This document shows positions 30,112 to 39,387 of a DNA stretch of 64,000 nt, piece by piece. This DNA comes from Polyangiales bacterium (GTDB lineage: Bacteria; Myxococcota_A; Polyangia; Polyangiales; Houyiibacteriaceae), in NCBI GenBank assembly GCA_045106895.1, contig JBGCFM010000024.1, forward strand, positions 32,001-96,000, given 5' to 3'. The notes below the pieces were generated by a model. The model worked only from the letters and a program-made list of their open reading frames with translations, was not told the DNA's origin and did no database searches. The position numbers and the translations under genes were made by a program. The stretch's first letter is position 1. Every line of letters starts with the position of its first letter.

Positions 30112-31398
30112 TTATTCGGGCAGAACCAGAACGCTCTCGCAGATGTAGTCCTCTGTTCGGTCACAGTCCAGATCGAACCACGAGCCAGTGCGCCCCATGG
30201 CAACGCAGTCCTCGTTCGCGAAGTTGTTTGGTTCACCAGAAGACCAGAGCGGACTCGACTCCGGCGTTCCATCGATCCAAACATAGGAGCCCTCAGTCTC
30301 TGAGTCCCCGAGTCCAATGTAGTAAGGTCGACCGTCGCCGTTGTCGAAAAGGAACGAGTTTTCCTCTTCAGTTTCAATGACGACCAGTCTGTAGGCACCA
30401 GCTCCAAAGCTCGCACAGCTTTCAACGGCTTCACCCCTGTCTAGAGCCTCCTCGCAGTGCAAGTAGACACGTCCGTTGAATGTCGAGCTTGTACAACGAG
30501 CGAGACAGAGATTGTCGTTTTCGTCGCGCTCACCGTCACAGTCGTTGTCGCGGGCGTCGCACCGTTCGTCGGCGTCTGGGTTTGATAAACCACTGGAGTC
30601 GTCGCAGTCGTCGGAGTTTTCTACGTACCCTTCCGGCTCCTCACAGGCGGATATCGGTGACTCGACATCCCCGAAGCCGTCATTGTCGCTATCCAAGAAG
30701 AACGTTGTCGTTACTCCTTCGTCAATCGCGGCGTCGCAGTCATCGTTGACCCCGTTGCAGCTCTCCGCCGCTTCTTCATTCGTGGTCCCCGTCGTGTCAT
30801 CGCAGTCACCCGCGCGGCTTACGTGGTTGTCAGGTGCGCTACAGGCGTCTACCGATGACTCTGGATCACCAAAGGTGTCCTCATCACCGTCCGCATAGAA
30901 CGTCGAGTAGAAGCTTGGGTCTTCGTCCGTCTCACCATCGCAGTCATTGTCGTTTCCGTCGCACACATCGTCGCTCGGTAGTACGGCCCCGACACACTCG
31001 CTCATCGTTCCGTCGCGACACGTCGCGACGCCGAATACGCAGACCCCGGTCTCGGAGCTCGGCCCGCAGGGAAACGTATCTCCTGGATCACACGCGCATC
31101 CTTCGTTGTTTTGCCCGTCGCAGTCTTCGTCGAGACCCGCCGCGTCGCAGACTTCCTCCGCTGGAGACGGCGCTTCGCAGGGACTCCACCGTCCGCTGAC
31201 GCAGAACTGGGTCCCCATGCGGCACACGCCGAGGGGAGGCGTTCCGTCGCAGTCCCTCGATTCACCGTCTGCGCACAACGCCGAATCCAACACGGCGGAA
31301 TCCAACACGGCTGCGTCTGGTTCCGTCTCCCGCTGGAGGCCCGTGTGGTCGACAGAGCAGGCCACAAGGCCGCTAAAGATGAGCAGACTGAAACGCAC
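30112..31398 (-). CDS. Cys-rich lipoprotein with MopE-like metal-binding repeats and C-terminal C-type lectin domain
   Basis: DxDxDGFGD...DCDD...ExC...DNDCDG repeats; YIGL, WSSGEPNN, EDC, W.D..C. Confidence 0.85.
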   Translation of the reverse strand: MRFSLLIFSGLVACSVDHTGLQRETEPDAAVLDSAVLDSALCADGESRDCDGTPPLGVCRMGTQFCVSGRWSPCEAPSPAEEVCDAAGLDEDCDGQNNEGCACDPGDTFPCGPSSETGVCVFGVATCRDGTMSECVGAVLPSDDVCDGNDNDCDGETDEDPSFYSTFYADGDEDTFGDPESSVDACSAPDNHVSRAGDCDDTTGTTNEEAAESCNGVNDDCDAAIDEGVTTTFFLDSDNDGFGDVESPISACEEPEGYVENSDDCDDSSGLSNPDADERCDARDNDCDGERDENDNLCLARCTSSTFNGRVYLHCEEALDRGEAVESCASFGAGAYRLVVIETEEENSFLFDNGDGRPYYIGLGDSETEGSYVWIDGTPESSPLWSSGEPNNFANEDCVAMGRTGSWFDLDCDRTEDYICESVLVLPE

Positions 31399-31487
31399 TC
31401 CCGAAGGTAGCACGTTGTTGAACTGTGTTCAATGACGAAGTCATGTTCCGGCGCTCCAGAGCGAAGTGGCCTCTGCTAGTGTTTCCC

Positions 31488-32651
31488 ATGCTCGAGATAC
31501 ATGATGCCGCCGTCGCCAAGACTCACTTGGAACGAGCCGAAGCCCTCAACGATGTTGTCTTTCAGGGCATCGACTTCAAACCTATGGCGGCGCTGCTCTG
31601 TGAACGCGACGTTGAAGGCACCGTGTTCCTCGGCTGCGAGCTGAGCCTCGAGACGCTGGCGGAGATCACGAGCCGCGGCGCCCTTGTTTTCCCGAAATTG
31701 CGCTCCAAGCCCTGGAACGCATACCGAACCTCGCTCTACACGGCGGACGAGCTCTTCGACGGTTTCAACGCCGACGAGCCCTGCACCTACTGCGATACCT
31801 TCGACGCACGCGTCTGGCGTCATTGGCGCGACGAAGGCGGCGCACACCCCCATGGCGTCATGGAGACGTTGGCGCGGCGGCTTCACGACCACTCCATCTA
31901 CGAAGCGATGACCACGCTCCTTGAAGGCCAAGAGAAGGTCGTCGCGGTGATGGGCGGACACTCGATGAAACGCGACGACCCCGCCTTCGCAAAAGTCGCT
32001 CGACTAAGTCGGACCTTGGCGGAGCGCGGCTACTTCCTCGCCAGCGGCGGCGGGCCCGGCGCCATGGAGGCCACGCATCTCGGCGCTTGGTTTGCAGGCA
32101 AGCCCGATACGGAGCTCGCCGACGCCATCGAGATTCTCTCGAAAGCGCCGCTCTACAAGGACCGCGAGTTCTTGAGCCAGGCGTTCCACGTCCGCGCCAA
32201 GTACCCCTACGAAGGCACCTGTCCACCGAGCCTCGGTATTCCCACCTGGCTCTACGGCCACGAGCCTCCGAACCCGTTTGCGACGCACATCGCGAAGTTC
32301 TTCGCCAACAGCGTTCGCGAGGACGGCCTCGTGACCATCGCGACCCACGGCATCGTCTTTGCCCCGGGTAGCGCAGGCACCATCCAAGAGATCTTCCAGG
32401 ACGCCGCGCAAAACCACTATGGCACCGCGAAGAGCACAGCCTCGCCGATGGTCTTCATGAACGAGGAATACTGGACGAAGAAGCGTCCCGTCTACGGCCT
32501 CATCCAGACCATGTCCGAGGGCCGCGCTTACGCGGACCTTCTGACGATTGGGGACGACGAGGAGGAGTTGGTGAACTTCATCGAGTCGCATCCGCCGGTG
32601 AAGGTCGAAGACTCCGGTTGGAACGTCTGCGGCCTCCACTGCTCGAAGTAG
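31488..32651 (+). CDS. LOG/SLOG family nucleotide-binding protein
   Basis: GGGPGAMEA, PTWLYGHEP, REDGL, PGSAGTIQE. Confidence 0.85.
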   Translation: MLEIHDAAVAKTHLERAEALNDVVFQGIDFKPMAALLCERDVEGTVFLGCELSLETLAEITSRGALVFPKLRSKPWNAYRTSLYTADELFDGFNADEPCTYCDTFDARVWRHWRDEGGAHPHGVMETLARRLHDHSIYEAMTTLLEGQEKVVAVMGGHSMKRDDPAFAKVARLSRTLAERGYFLASGGGPGAMEATHLGAWFAGKPDTELADAIEILSKAPLYKDREFLSQAFHVRAKYPYEGTCPPSLGIPTWLYGHEPPNPFATHIAKFFANSVREDGLVTIATHGIVFAPGSAGTIQEIFQDAAQNHYGTAKSTASPMVFMNEEYWTKKRPVYGLIQTMSEGRAYADLLTIGDDEEELVNFIESHPPVKVEDSGWNVCGLHCSK

Positions 32652-32652
32652 C

Positions 32653-32928
32653 TTGAGAGTGAGCCCCACTTTCGCCTGCCCTTGCTGCGCTCACCTCACC
32701 CTCGCGGAGGCGCCACCGGGGACCTACGCGATCTGTCCCGTCTGCTTCTGGGAAGACGACTTCGTTCAGTTCCGCGATCCTGATTACGAGGGGGGAGCCA
32801 ACGGCGTGAGCCTCGCGGAAGCGCGGGAGAACTTCCGAGCCTTTGGGGCATGCAGCGAAGCGAACAAGGCACATGTTCGCAGTGCTCTGCCGACGGAGCG
32901 GCCAAACCCAGACGTCGACGAGGCCTAA
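32653..32928 (+). CDS. CPCC family cysteine-rich protein
   Basis: CPCC...ICPVCFWEDD...GGAN.VSL.EARENF. Confidence 0.88.
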   Translation: MRVSPTFACPCCAHLTLAEAPPGTYAICPVCFWEDDFVQFRDPDYEGGANGVSLAEARENFRAFGACSEANKAHVRSALPTERPNPDVDEA

Positions 32929-32930
32929 GC

Positions 32931-33497
32931 TCAGTCGCCGGGCAAGAAGTCGAGCATCTCGGCCGGGACACGCTCGCCCGCGCCGGCGATGCGTTCGTCG
33001 CCTTTGCCGTCGATGAACACGAGGACCCGGCCCGCGGTGCCGCTGAGGATCGTGAACTCTCCCGCCGCCGCGCTCCGTAGACCCTCGCCTTCGGCGCGTA
33101 GAGTCGCGTTGCCGCGCTTGAGGAGGTGATGCCGGATGCCCTGCACTCGCAGCTCCGCCGGGACTCGGCCCGCTGGAAGCACGTCGGTGTTCTTCAGGAG
33201 CGCGAGGTCTTTGGCTTCCGCGTCGAGCTGAACCACCCAGTCGGCGCGCTCGCTCCCGGGCGTCTTGAAGAGACGCGCGATAAACTCGCCCTCCTCGCGC
33301 ACCTCGATCATCGCCGAGAGCCAGAGCTCTTCGCTGGCGTAGAGGAGAACGTCCCCAACGCAGAGGCCCCGAGGCCCTTTGGGCTTTGGTGGTCCTTCTT
33401 CCTCCGCCGGTGGCGGCGCCCTTCGATCACGCGCGCGACGTAGAATGTACGCCGCCGCCGCCGTCGCCGCGGCGCCAACAGCGAGCTCGATGATCAT
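32931..33497 (-). CDS. Hypothetical membrane-anchored protein (DUF4178-like)
   Basis: N-terminal TM, L.VGDV; 4-bp overlap with thiE. Confidence 0.6.
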   Translation of the reverse strand: MIIELAVGAAATAAAAYILRRARDRRAPPPAEEEGPPKPKGPRGLCVGDVLLYASEELWLSAMIEVREEGEFIARLFKTPGSERADWVVQLDAEAKDLALLKNTDVLPAGRVPAELRVQGIRHHLLKRGNATLRAEGEGLRSAAAGEFTILSGTAGRVLVFIDGKGDERIAGAGERVPAEMLDFLPGD

Positions 33498-34102
33498 CGC
33501 GCCGCCTCAACGAACTGCTGAGCGGCGGCATAGGGATCCTTCGCCGAGCACACGGCGGAGATCGCCGCGACCATCGACGCCCCGGCCTCGAAAGCGCTCT
33601 TGGCGCGCTCGAGGGAGATGCCGCCGATGGCCACCACAGGCACTTCCACCGCCGCACAGATCGACTGGAGGCCGCGAAGACCCACCGTCGCGTCGGGGTT
33701 TGCCTTTGAGCTTGTATCGAACACAGGACCAAACCCGATGAGGTCCGCGTCATGGGTCGACTTGGCTTGTTCCATGGTGTGCGTGGATACGCCGATGGGT
33801 CCTTCAAAGAAGCGCCGTGCTTCTTCGATTGGCAGGTCATCTTGGCCCAGGTGCAGACCATCGGCGCCGGTGAGCAGCGCTAGGTCGAAGCGGTCGTTCA
33901 TCACAAAGGGCACCGCTACTGCCTTGCAACGCTCTGCCAGCTCAAGGCCCAGCGCATATCGCTCTCGGTCGCTGCCGTTCTTCCAACGAAGCTGCAAAGC
34001 CGCGGGGCCTGCCTTGAGAATCGCGTCGGCGGTTTCCTGGGGCGGCAGCACACAGTGCTCCGGGTCCACGATCGCGTAAAATCCCTTCCATTTGTCGTTC
34101 AC
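33494..34102 (-). CDS. thiE: Thiamine-phosphate synthase
   Basis: QLRWK, NDR, GLHLGQDD, GVSTH, GPVFDTSSK, VAIGGI. Confidence 0.93.
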   Translation of the reverse strand: MNDKWKGFYAIVDPEHCVLPPQETADAILKAGPAALQLRWKNGSDRERYALGLELAERCKAVAVPFVMNDRFDLALLTGADGLHLGQDDLPIEEARRFFEGPIGVSTHTMEQAKSTHDADLIGFGPVFDTSSKANPDATVGLRGLQSICAAVEVPVVAIGGISLERAKSAFEAGASMVAAISAVCSAKDPYAAAQQFVEAAR

Positions 34103-34173
34103 GCAGCTTCTTAGCACGGACCGCCGCCCTCCTCGGCGCTCAAGTTTTGGCAAGGGCCGCCGATTCTATCGCT

Positions 34174-35277
34174 ATGGACACGTTGATCGTTGGAGAGGCT
34201 TCTCCGGAGCGGCGCAGAGCCGCGATACGCGCCGCGGACCGCGGAGGCTGCTCCGCCATCGTGGTGAGGACCGTCGCTGAAGCGCGTCACTCCCTCGAAG
34301 ACCACGCGCCCCAGGCGATCTTCATCGACCACCAGCAAGACATCGCCAGCTTCGTGGCGTGGGTTCGTGGTCAGGCGCATCTTTTTACCGTGCCCGTCAT
34401 CGTCACGGTCCCGGCTGCGGACGAAACCCGCTTTCACATCGCCCACTGCGCCGGCGCAGACGACGCCATCGTCAATACAGATCTCGGCGCCATCACACGA
34501 CGCCTCGCCAACCTCTCTGAGTTTGACCCGGCCCGTCGCCCGGAGGTCACCCAAGGCGAGTGTTTGATCGCCTCGGCCAACGAAGGCCGCCGGCGTGTTC
34601 TTGGCCGCATCGCGCGACAAGCGGGCTTTGATGTGGTCTTTGCGCTCGATGTGGACGAGCTGGAGGCCCGCGCATCCAAGGTCGCTCTCATCGTTGCGGA
34701 GTCGGACCTTTCCACGGAACGTCCGGACAAAGAGTTCGCTTGGGTTCGGGAAAAGGAAAACGTCCCGGCGATCATCTTGGCGCCCGAGGTGGATGTGCCC
34801 TCCCTTCAAACGCGCCTCAGCGCGCACCGCTGCTCCGTCGGCGCCATCAACGAGCCCCCGGACCATCTGCTCTTTCAGGCGAACGAACTCCTCCGTCCCG
34901 ACGTGAGCAATATCCGAGCGTCCACGCGTGTGCTTCACGGCGCGATCTGTACCTTTCGGCCCGCGGGCTCCCTCGAACCCGCCTTCGCGCTCACCTACAA
35001 CTGGAGCCGCGAAGGACTCTACGTTCGCACCCTGGACCCCCCATCGCGTGGACAGGACCTCTGGCTTGAGGTGCGTCTGCCCTTCCGCCGAGAAGCCGCT
35101 CACCTCCGCGGAAAGGTCGTCTGGGCCACAGGTCCCCACAGGCCCGGAGGCACCACGCCGCCAGGCTTCGGCCTGAAGATCCAAGCCGCGGACTCCCCAC
35201 CCGGAGACCTCGCACAGTACCGCCTCGCATACGAAGAGCTCGTCGCCGGCAGCGCGCAGCTCCTTCAAGTCGCGTAA
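34174..35277 (+). CDS. Receiver-like domains fused to a C-terminal PilZ domain
   Basis: GADD at end of receiver-like domain; RASTR and NWSREGLY PilZ motifs; G.VVW, GFGL. Confidence 0.75.
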   Translation: MDTLIVGEASPERRRAAIRAADRGGCSAIVVRTVAEARHSLEDHAPQAIFIDHQQDIASFVAWVRGQAHLFTVPVIVTVPAADETRFHIAHCAGADDAIVNTDLGAITRRLANLSEFDPARRPEVTQGECLIASANEGRRRVLGRIARQAGFDVVFALDVDELEARASKVALIVAESDLSTERPDKEFAWVREKENVPAIILAPEVDVPSLQTRLSAHRCSVGAINEPPDHLLFQANELLRPDVSNIRASTRVLHGAICTFRPAGSLEPAFALTYNWSREGLYVRTLDPPSRGQDLWLEVRLPFRREAAHLRGKVVWATGPHRPGGTTPPGFGLKIQAADSPPGDLAQYRLAYEELVAGSAQLLQVA

Positions 35278-35401
35278 CGATCGGCGGGAATGAGGTCACC
35301 TGAGCCCAGCGGTGGCTGCTCTAGCGGCCACTCCGCCGCTCTTCGCCGGCGTGACGCCGCGTATCAAGGGCAAAAAGCCCTGGTTTTAGCCGGACGAGAC
35401 C

Positions 35402-35417
35402 TGGCATAGGACGTGCT
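35402..35417 (+). promoter_or_regulatory. Putative sigma-54 promoter upstream of the aguA/aguB operon
   Basis: TGGCATAGGACGTGCT = TGGCA...TGC with GG-N10-GC spacing. Confidence 0.65.
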
Positions 35418-35428
35418 CTATTTGGGGC

Positions 35429-35794
35429 ATGACCTCCTCGAACGACGCGACCATTTGGACGGCCCCGAAGAAGCTGCGTCGGCCACGTCGCGCCGATGAG
35501 AGCGGAGTACAGCGGACAGAGCCCAAGAAGCTCAAGCCTTTCACGGTCACGCCGGACGTCGACGCCCTTGGTTATGACCCCTTTGAGGATCAGCCCACCC
35601 TCGTCCACGCCGAGTCGTGGCGCGCTTCGGTGAAGCCCCCTACAGACTTTCCCCTCCCGTTGCACCAGAAGAAGGTCAGCTGGCTCGACTCGCTGCCTGA
35701 AGCGGCGCGCGCCGTCCTGATGGCCGCCGCGGAGCCCGTCGACATGGACGCACCTCGTATCGCTGGCGCCATCGCTCAACCTCGCGAAGACTGA
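35429..35794 (+). CDS. Hypothetical protein
   Basis: 121-aa ORF filling the gap between the promoter and aguA. Confidence 0.55.
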   Translation: MTSSNDATIWTAPKKLRRPRRADESGVQRTEPKKLKPFTVTPDVDALGYDPFEDQPTLVHAESWRASVKPPTDFPLPLHQKKVSWLDSLPEAARAVLMAAAEPVDMDAPRIAGAIAQPRED

Positions 35795-35799
35795 ACTCG

Positions 35800-36759
35800 A
35801 TGCATGTGCCCGCCGAGCACCATCGCCACGACGCCTGCTGGCTCGCGGCTCCCTATCGCGACGAGGAGTGGGCGGACCTCGCTGGCGCTCAGCGCGAACA
35901 CGAAGCCCTCGTCCTCGCTATCGCCGAGACGGAGCGCGTAGAGCTCCTCACGCAGGAGCCCTCTGCCGCCGAGCGAGCGCATCCGAACGTGCGAATCCAC
36001 GATTTGCCTTACGGCGACTCCTGGACGCGCGACACGGGACCTGTCTTCGCCATCGACGACGGCGCCCTCGTCGCGCTGAGTTTTCGCTTCGACGGATGGG
36101 GCGACAAATACCTGATGGATGGCGATGCACTTCTGAGCGAAGGCATCGCAAAGGCCGCTGGAGTGCCCATGAGGTCCTTCGACTTTGTCCTCGAAGGCGG
36201 CGCCGTGGAATTCGACGGAGAGGGCACGTTGCTCACCACCTCGTGCCTGAGCTTGCCGAACCGGAAGCCTCCGGCGGACCTGCGCGCCCGAGTGAAGAGC
36301 GCTTTTGACGTGAACCACGTCATCGAGATTGAAGGGCAGCTCGCAAACGACCACACGGACGGTCACATCGACACCATCGCGCGCTTCGTGAAGCCCGGCG
36401 AAGTTGTCTGCATGCGCGGCGGTCCGGATGACCCCAACGGCGCCATGCTCCTCGCCATCGAGGAGCAGCTCCTCATGGCCACGGACGCTGCCGGACGCCC
36501 TCTCATCGTTCACACGATCCCATCGGCGGGCCTTCTTCGCGGCAGTGATGGCGAGCTCCTCGCGGCGAGCTACTGCAACTACTACCTCGCCAATGAGCAG
36601 GTCATCGTGCCGCAATATGGCGTCGCCAATGACGAGGCCGCGCTCTCCGCCATCGCCGCGCTCTTCCCCGAGCGAAGCGTCCGCGGCCTCGCCAGCCGCG
36701 CCATCATCGAAGGCGGCGGCTCATTCCACTGCATCACCCAACAGCAGCCAAGCTTATGA
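35800..36759 (+). CDS. aguA: Agmatine deiminase
   Basis: DSWTRDTGP, LEGG, DHTDGHID, ASYCN, GGGSFHCITQQQP. Confidence 0.93.
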   Translation: MHVPAEHHRHDACWLAAPYRDEEWADLAGAQREHEALVLAIAETERVELLTQEPSAAERAHPNVRIHDLPYGDSWTRDTGPVFAIDDGALVALSFRFDGWGDKYLMDGDALLSEGIAKAAGVPMRSFDFVLEGGAVEFDGEGTLLTTSCLSLPNRKPPADLRARVKSAFDVNHVIEIEGQLANDHTDGHIDTIARFVKPGEVVCMRGGPDDPNGAMLLAIEEQLLMATDAAGRPLIVHTIPSAGLLRGSDGELLAASYCNYYLANEQVIVPQYGVANDEAALSAIAALFPERSVRGLASRAIIEGGGSFHCITQQQPSL

Positions 36760-37634
36760 GTTCTGACATGGCCGAAGAATCAGCCGAAGACACGGACCTC
36801 TGCGTCGCCGCCATCCAGTGCGCCCTCGGCGACGACAAAGCCACCAATATCGCTCGCGTAGAACGTCTCGTGCGTCAGGCCGCGGCGGAAGGCGCCCAGG
36901 TCATCTTGCCGCCGGAGCTCTTCGAGGGGCCATACTTCTGCCAAGCGGAAGAAGAGCGCTTCTTCGATCTCGCTCATGAGTTCGAAGACCACCCGACCAT
37001 CGCGCACTTCGCCGGTCTCGCGAAAGAGCTCGGCGTCGTCGTGCCCGTGTCCTTCTTTGAGCGAAGCGGCCAATCGCACTACAACTCCGTCGCCATCATC
37101 GACGCCGATGGAAGCGTTCTCGGCAAGTACCGGAAGAGCCACATCCCCGACGGCCCGGGTTACGAAGAGAAGTTCTACTTTCGGCCCGGTGACACAGGCT
37201 TTTGTGTGTGGCCGACGCGTTTCGGGCGCATTGGCGTGGGCATCTGCTGGGACCAGTGGTTTCCCGAAGCGGCGCGCGCCATGGCTCTGGCCGGCGCCGA
37301 GGTCCTCCTCTATCCCACGGCCATCGGCACCGAGCCGGAGGCGCCGGACCAAGACACGCGGGACCCCTGGCAGCGCGCGATGATCGGCCACGCCGTCTGC
37401 AACGCAATGCCCGTCGTCGCGGCGAACCGCATCGGCACGGAAGGCGGCATGACCTTTTACGGCTCCAGCTTCGTCGCGGACGGGCGCGGGGACAAGCGGG
37501 CAGAACTCTCGCGAACGGAAGAAGGCATCGCAACGGCGCGCTTTGACCGCGCCGCGCTACGGCGTGAGCGTGCCGGTTGGGGCTTCTTCCGGGACCGGCG
37601 TCCCGAGCTCTATGGGCCGCTGATGAAGGCGTAG
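36756..37634 (+). CDS. aguB: N-carbamoylputrescine amidase
   Basis: ELF, YRKSHIPDGPGYEEKFYF, ICWDQWFPE, YPTAIG. Confidence 0.95.
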   Translation: MSSDMAEESAEDTDLCVAAIQCALGDDKATNIARVERLVRQAAAEGAQVILPPELFEGPYFCQAEEERFFDLAHEFEDHPTIAHFAGLAKELGVVVPVSFFERSGQSHYNSVAIIDADGSVLGKYRKSHIPDGPGYEEKFYFRPGDTGFCVWPTRFGRIGVGICWDQWFPEAARAMALAGAEVLLYPTAIGTEPEAPDQDTRDPWQRAMIGHAVCNAMPVVAANRIGTEGGMTFYGSSFVADGRGDKRAELSRTEEGIATARFDRAALRRERAGWGFFRDRRPELYGPLMKA

Positions 37635-39374
37635 TCGCGAGAGGGGCACGCTTCGGGGGTCACGGTGTGTCGGGGCTGCGCCGCTGGTGCGGATCAAACC
37701 AACGCCGCCTACGCTGTCGAGCTCCTCGAGGCTCATGTCTTCATGCCGCGTTTGAATCAGCTCGCCGAACTTCACGAGCGTAAGCCCCACCTCTCCGTTG
37801 CAGATAAGGTCGACGCGGCCATCGCCGAAGCGAAGGGCGAGGTCCGCGGGGTTTCGCGCCGTCACGAGGAGCGTGAAGATCAGGTCGTTGCCATCTTCTT
37901 CGACGTCTACCCAGCGAAGCCCCGAGCTGAGGGCGACGCCCCCGGGCCACTCACGCCGGCGTCGGTGTCCCATTAAGCACTCGGAGGCGAGGGGGTCTGC
38001 GCCCCGGGAGAACACCAGGTAGTCCCCTTCGCTGCCGATGAGCCCGTAGTCCTCACGCTGGAGCCAGTTACGTACATGCGGCTCTTCGACGGTGCGCAGC
38101 AGCGTGGCGGTTCGCGCGTAGCGTCGCCGATGCGAGATATCGAGGATCGTGATGTCGTCACCGTGGTCCGGCGGCGGCGCGCGATGAAGGCGGGCGCGTT
38201 CCGCGAGGTGCGGGAGGAGCTCGTCCGGCGCCTGAACCGACGAGTCTGGCGGAATCAGCGCCAATACCGCGCGTGCGGCCCGCGTCTGCTCGTCTTCGCG
38301 GAAGTGCCCGTCCTCTTTGAACATATCGCCATGGAAGCCAACCCAAACGTAGGCCACGACGAGCGCGGCGCTCATGAGCCCGAGGCTCACCTTGGGGCGA
38401 GGGAGCGTCGCGGCGCCGAGGATGGCTGCGGCGACAAGGAAAGGGAGCGCCGGCGTGAGGTAGTGCGAGTCGAGGTTCGGCGTCGTCGGAAACCCAGAGA
38501 CCAGGTTCATGGCCAGCACCGGAATCGCGGGGATGGCGAGGCGCCAACCGGCGAGAGGCAAGAGCGCCAAAGGCGCGAGGACGCGGAGCAGGTAGGTGCC
38601 GCGCCGACCCTCGAAGACATGAGCAAGGAGCTCGATGGGGTGGTCCAGCCAGTGGGTCAGCACCTCCGCTGGCGTATCTCCCCAGATCCCCAAGTGCTGC
38701 GAGAAAGACCCGCCACGCGGCGCGAAGGTGGGGTGCAGATGAAAGAGAAAGTAGCCAAACCAAGCGAGGCACGCTCCGCCGGCGAGAAGCGCGTGGCGCC
38801 GGTCATAGCGCCAAAGAACGAACGCGACGAAGAGCCCGACGAGGGCGAGGTCTTCGCGACATACGAGCATGCCGAGGCACGCGTAGAGCACGCTCCGGCC
38901 GTCTTGGGCGTCGAGACGCTCCACGGCCCAAGCGAGGGGAAAGAGCGCGATGGTTCCTGGGTGCGCTTCGTAGGTGAGCACGTGTCCCATGTTGGGATGA
39001 AGGAGAATCGCCAGCGCCCCGAGCCATGCGCCCGCGGAACCGAGGCGTCTTCGGCCCATTCGCGAGAGCATGAACGCGGCGCCGAAGGCCGAGGCGGCTT
39101 GGGCCAAGATCAGCGCGTTCGCTGTGCCGATGAAGAGACCCAGCGCGCCGATGGGGACCAGCACGGGGGAGAGGTGTAGCCCGAGGACATGAGCGTCCGC
39201 GATGGGCATCCAGAAGTCGCCGCGGACGAGGCCCCAGGACATGCGCGTATAGAACGCGAGGTCAAAGGTCTGGTTGTGAAGTGTGTCGAAGCGACACCAC
39301 GTGAAGTACGCGAAGGTCGCCGTGATGATCGCCGCAAGGACGAGGGGCCCTTGGCGATCGATGCGCCGCTTCAC
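37557..39374 (-). CDS. DUF2079 multi-pass membrane protein (possible GT-C-like)
   Basis: FDLAFY...W, LGLHLSP, EAHP, CRED, HY..P; many TM segments; 3' end overlaps aguB. Confidence 0.75.
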   Translation of the reverse strand: MKRRIDRQGPLVLAAIITATFAYFTWCRFDTLHNQTFDLAFYTRMSWGLVRGDFWMPIADAHVLGLHLSPVLVPIGALGLFIGTANALILAQAASAFGAAFMLSRMGRRRLGSAGAWLGALAILLHPNMGHVLTYEAHPGTIALFPLAWAVERLDAQDGRSVLYACLGMLVCREDLALVGLFVAFVLWRYDRRHALLAGGACLAWFGYFLFHLHPTFAPRGGSFSQHLGIWGDTPAEVLTHWLDHPIELLAHVFEGRRGTYLLRVLAPLALLPLAGWRLAIPAIPVLAMNLVSGFPTTPNLDSHYLTPALPFLVAAAILGAATLPRPKVSLGLMSAALVVAYVWVGFHGDMFKEDGHFREDEQTRAARAVLALIPPDSSVQAPDELLPHLAERARLHRAPPPDHGDDITILDISHRRRYARTATLLRTVEEPHVRNWLQREDYGLIGSEGDYLVFSRGADPLASECLMGHRRRREWPGGVALSSGLRWVDVEEDGNDLIFTLLVTARNPADLALRFGDGRVDLICNGEVGLTLVKFGELIQTRHEDMSLEELDSVGGVGLIRTSGAAPTHRDPRSVPLSRLRLHQRPIELGTPVPEEAPTGTLTP

Positions 39375-39387
39375 ACGCCGTTTTCCC

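Noticed and set aside
37557..37634. 78-bp convergent overlap of aguB and DUF2079 as a frameshift or pseudogene
   Set aside because: Both ORFs are intact; most simply a stop-codon extension in a tightly packed genome.
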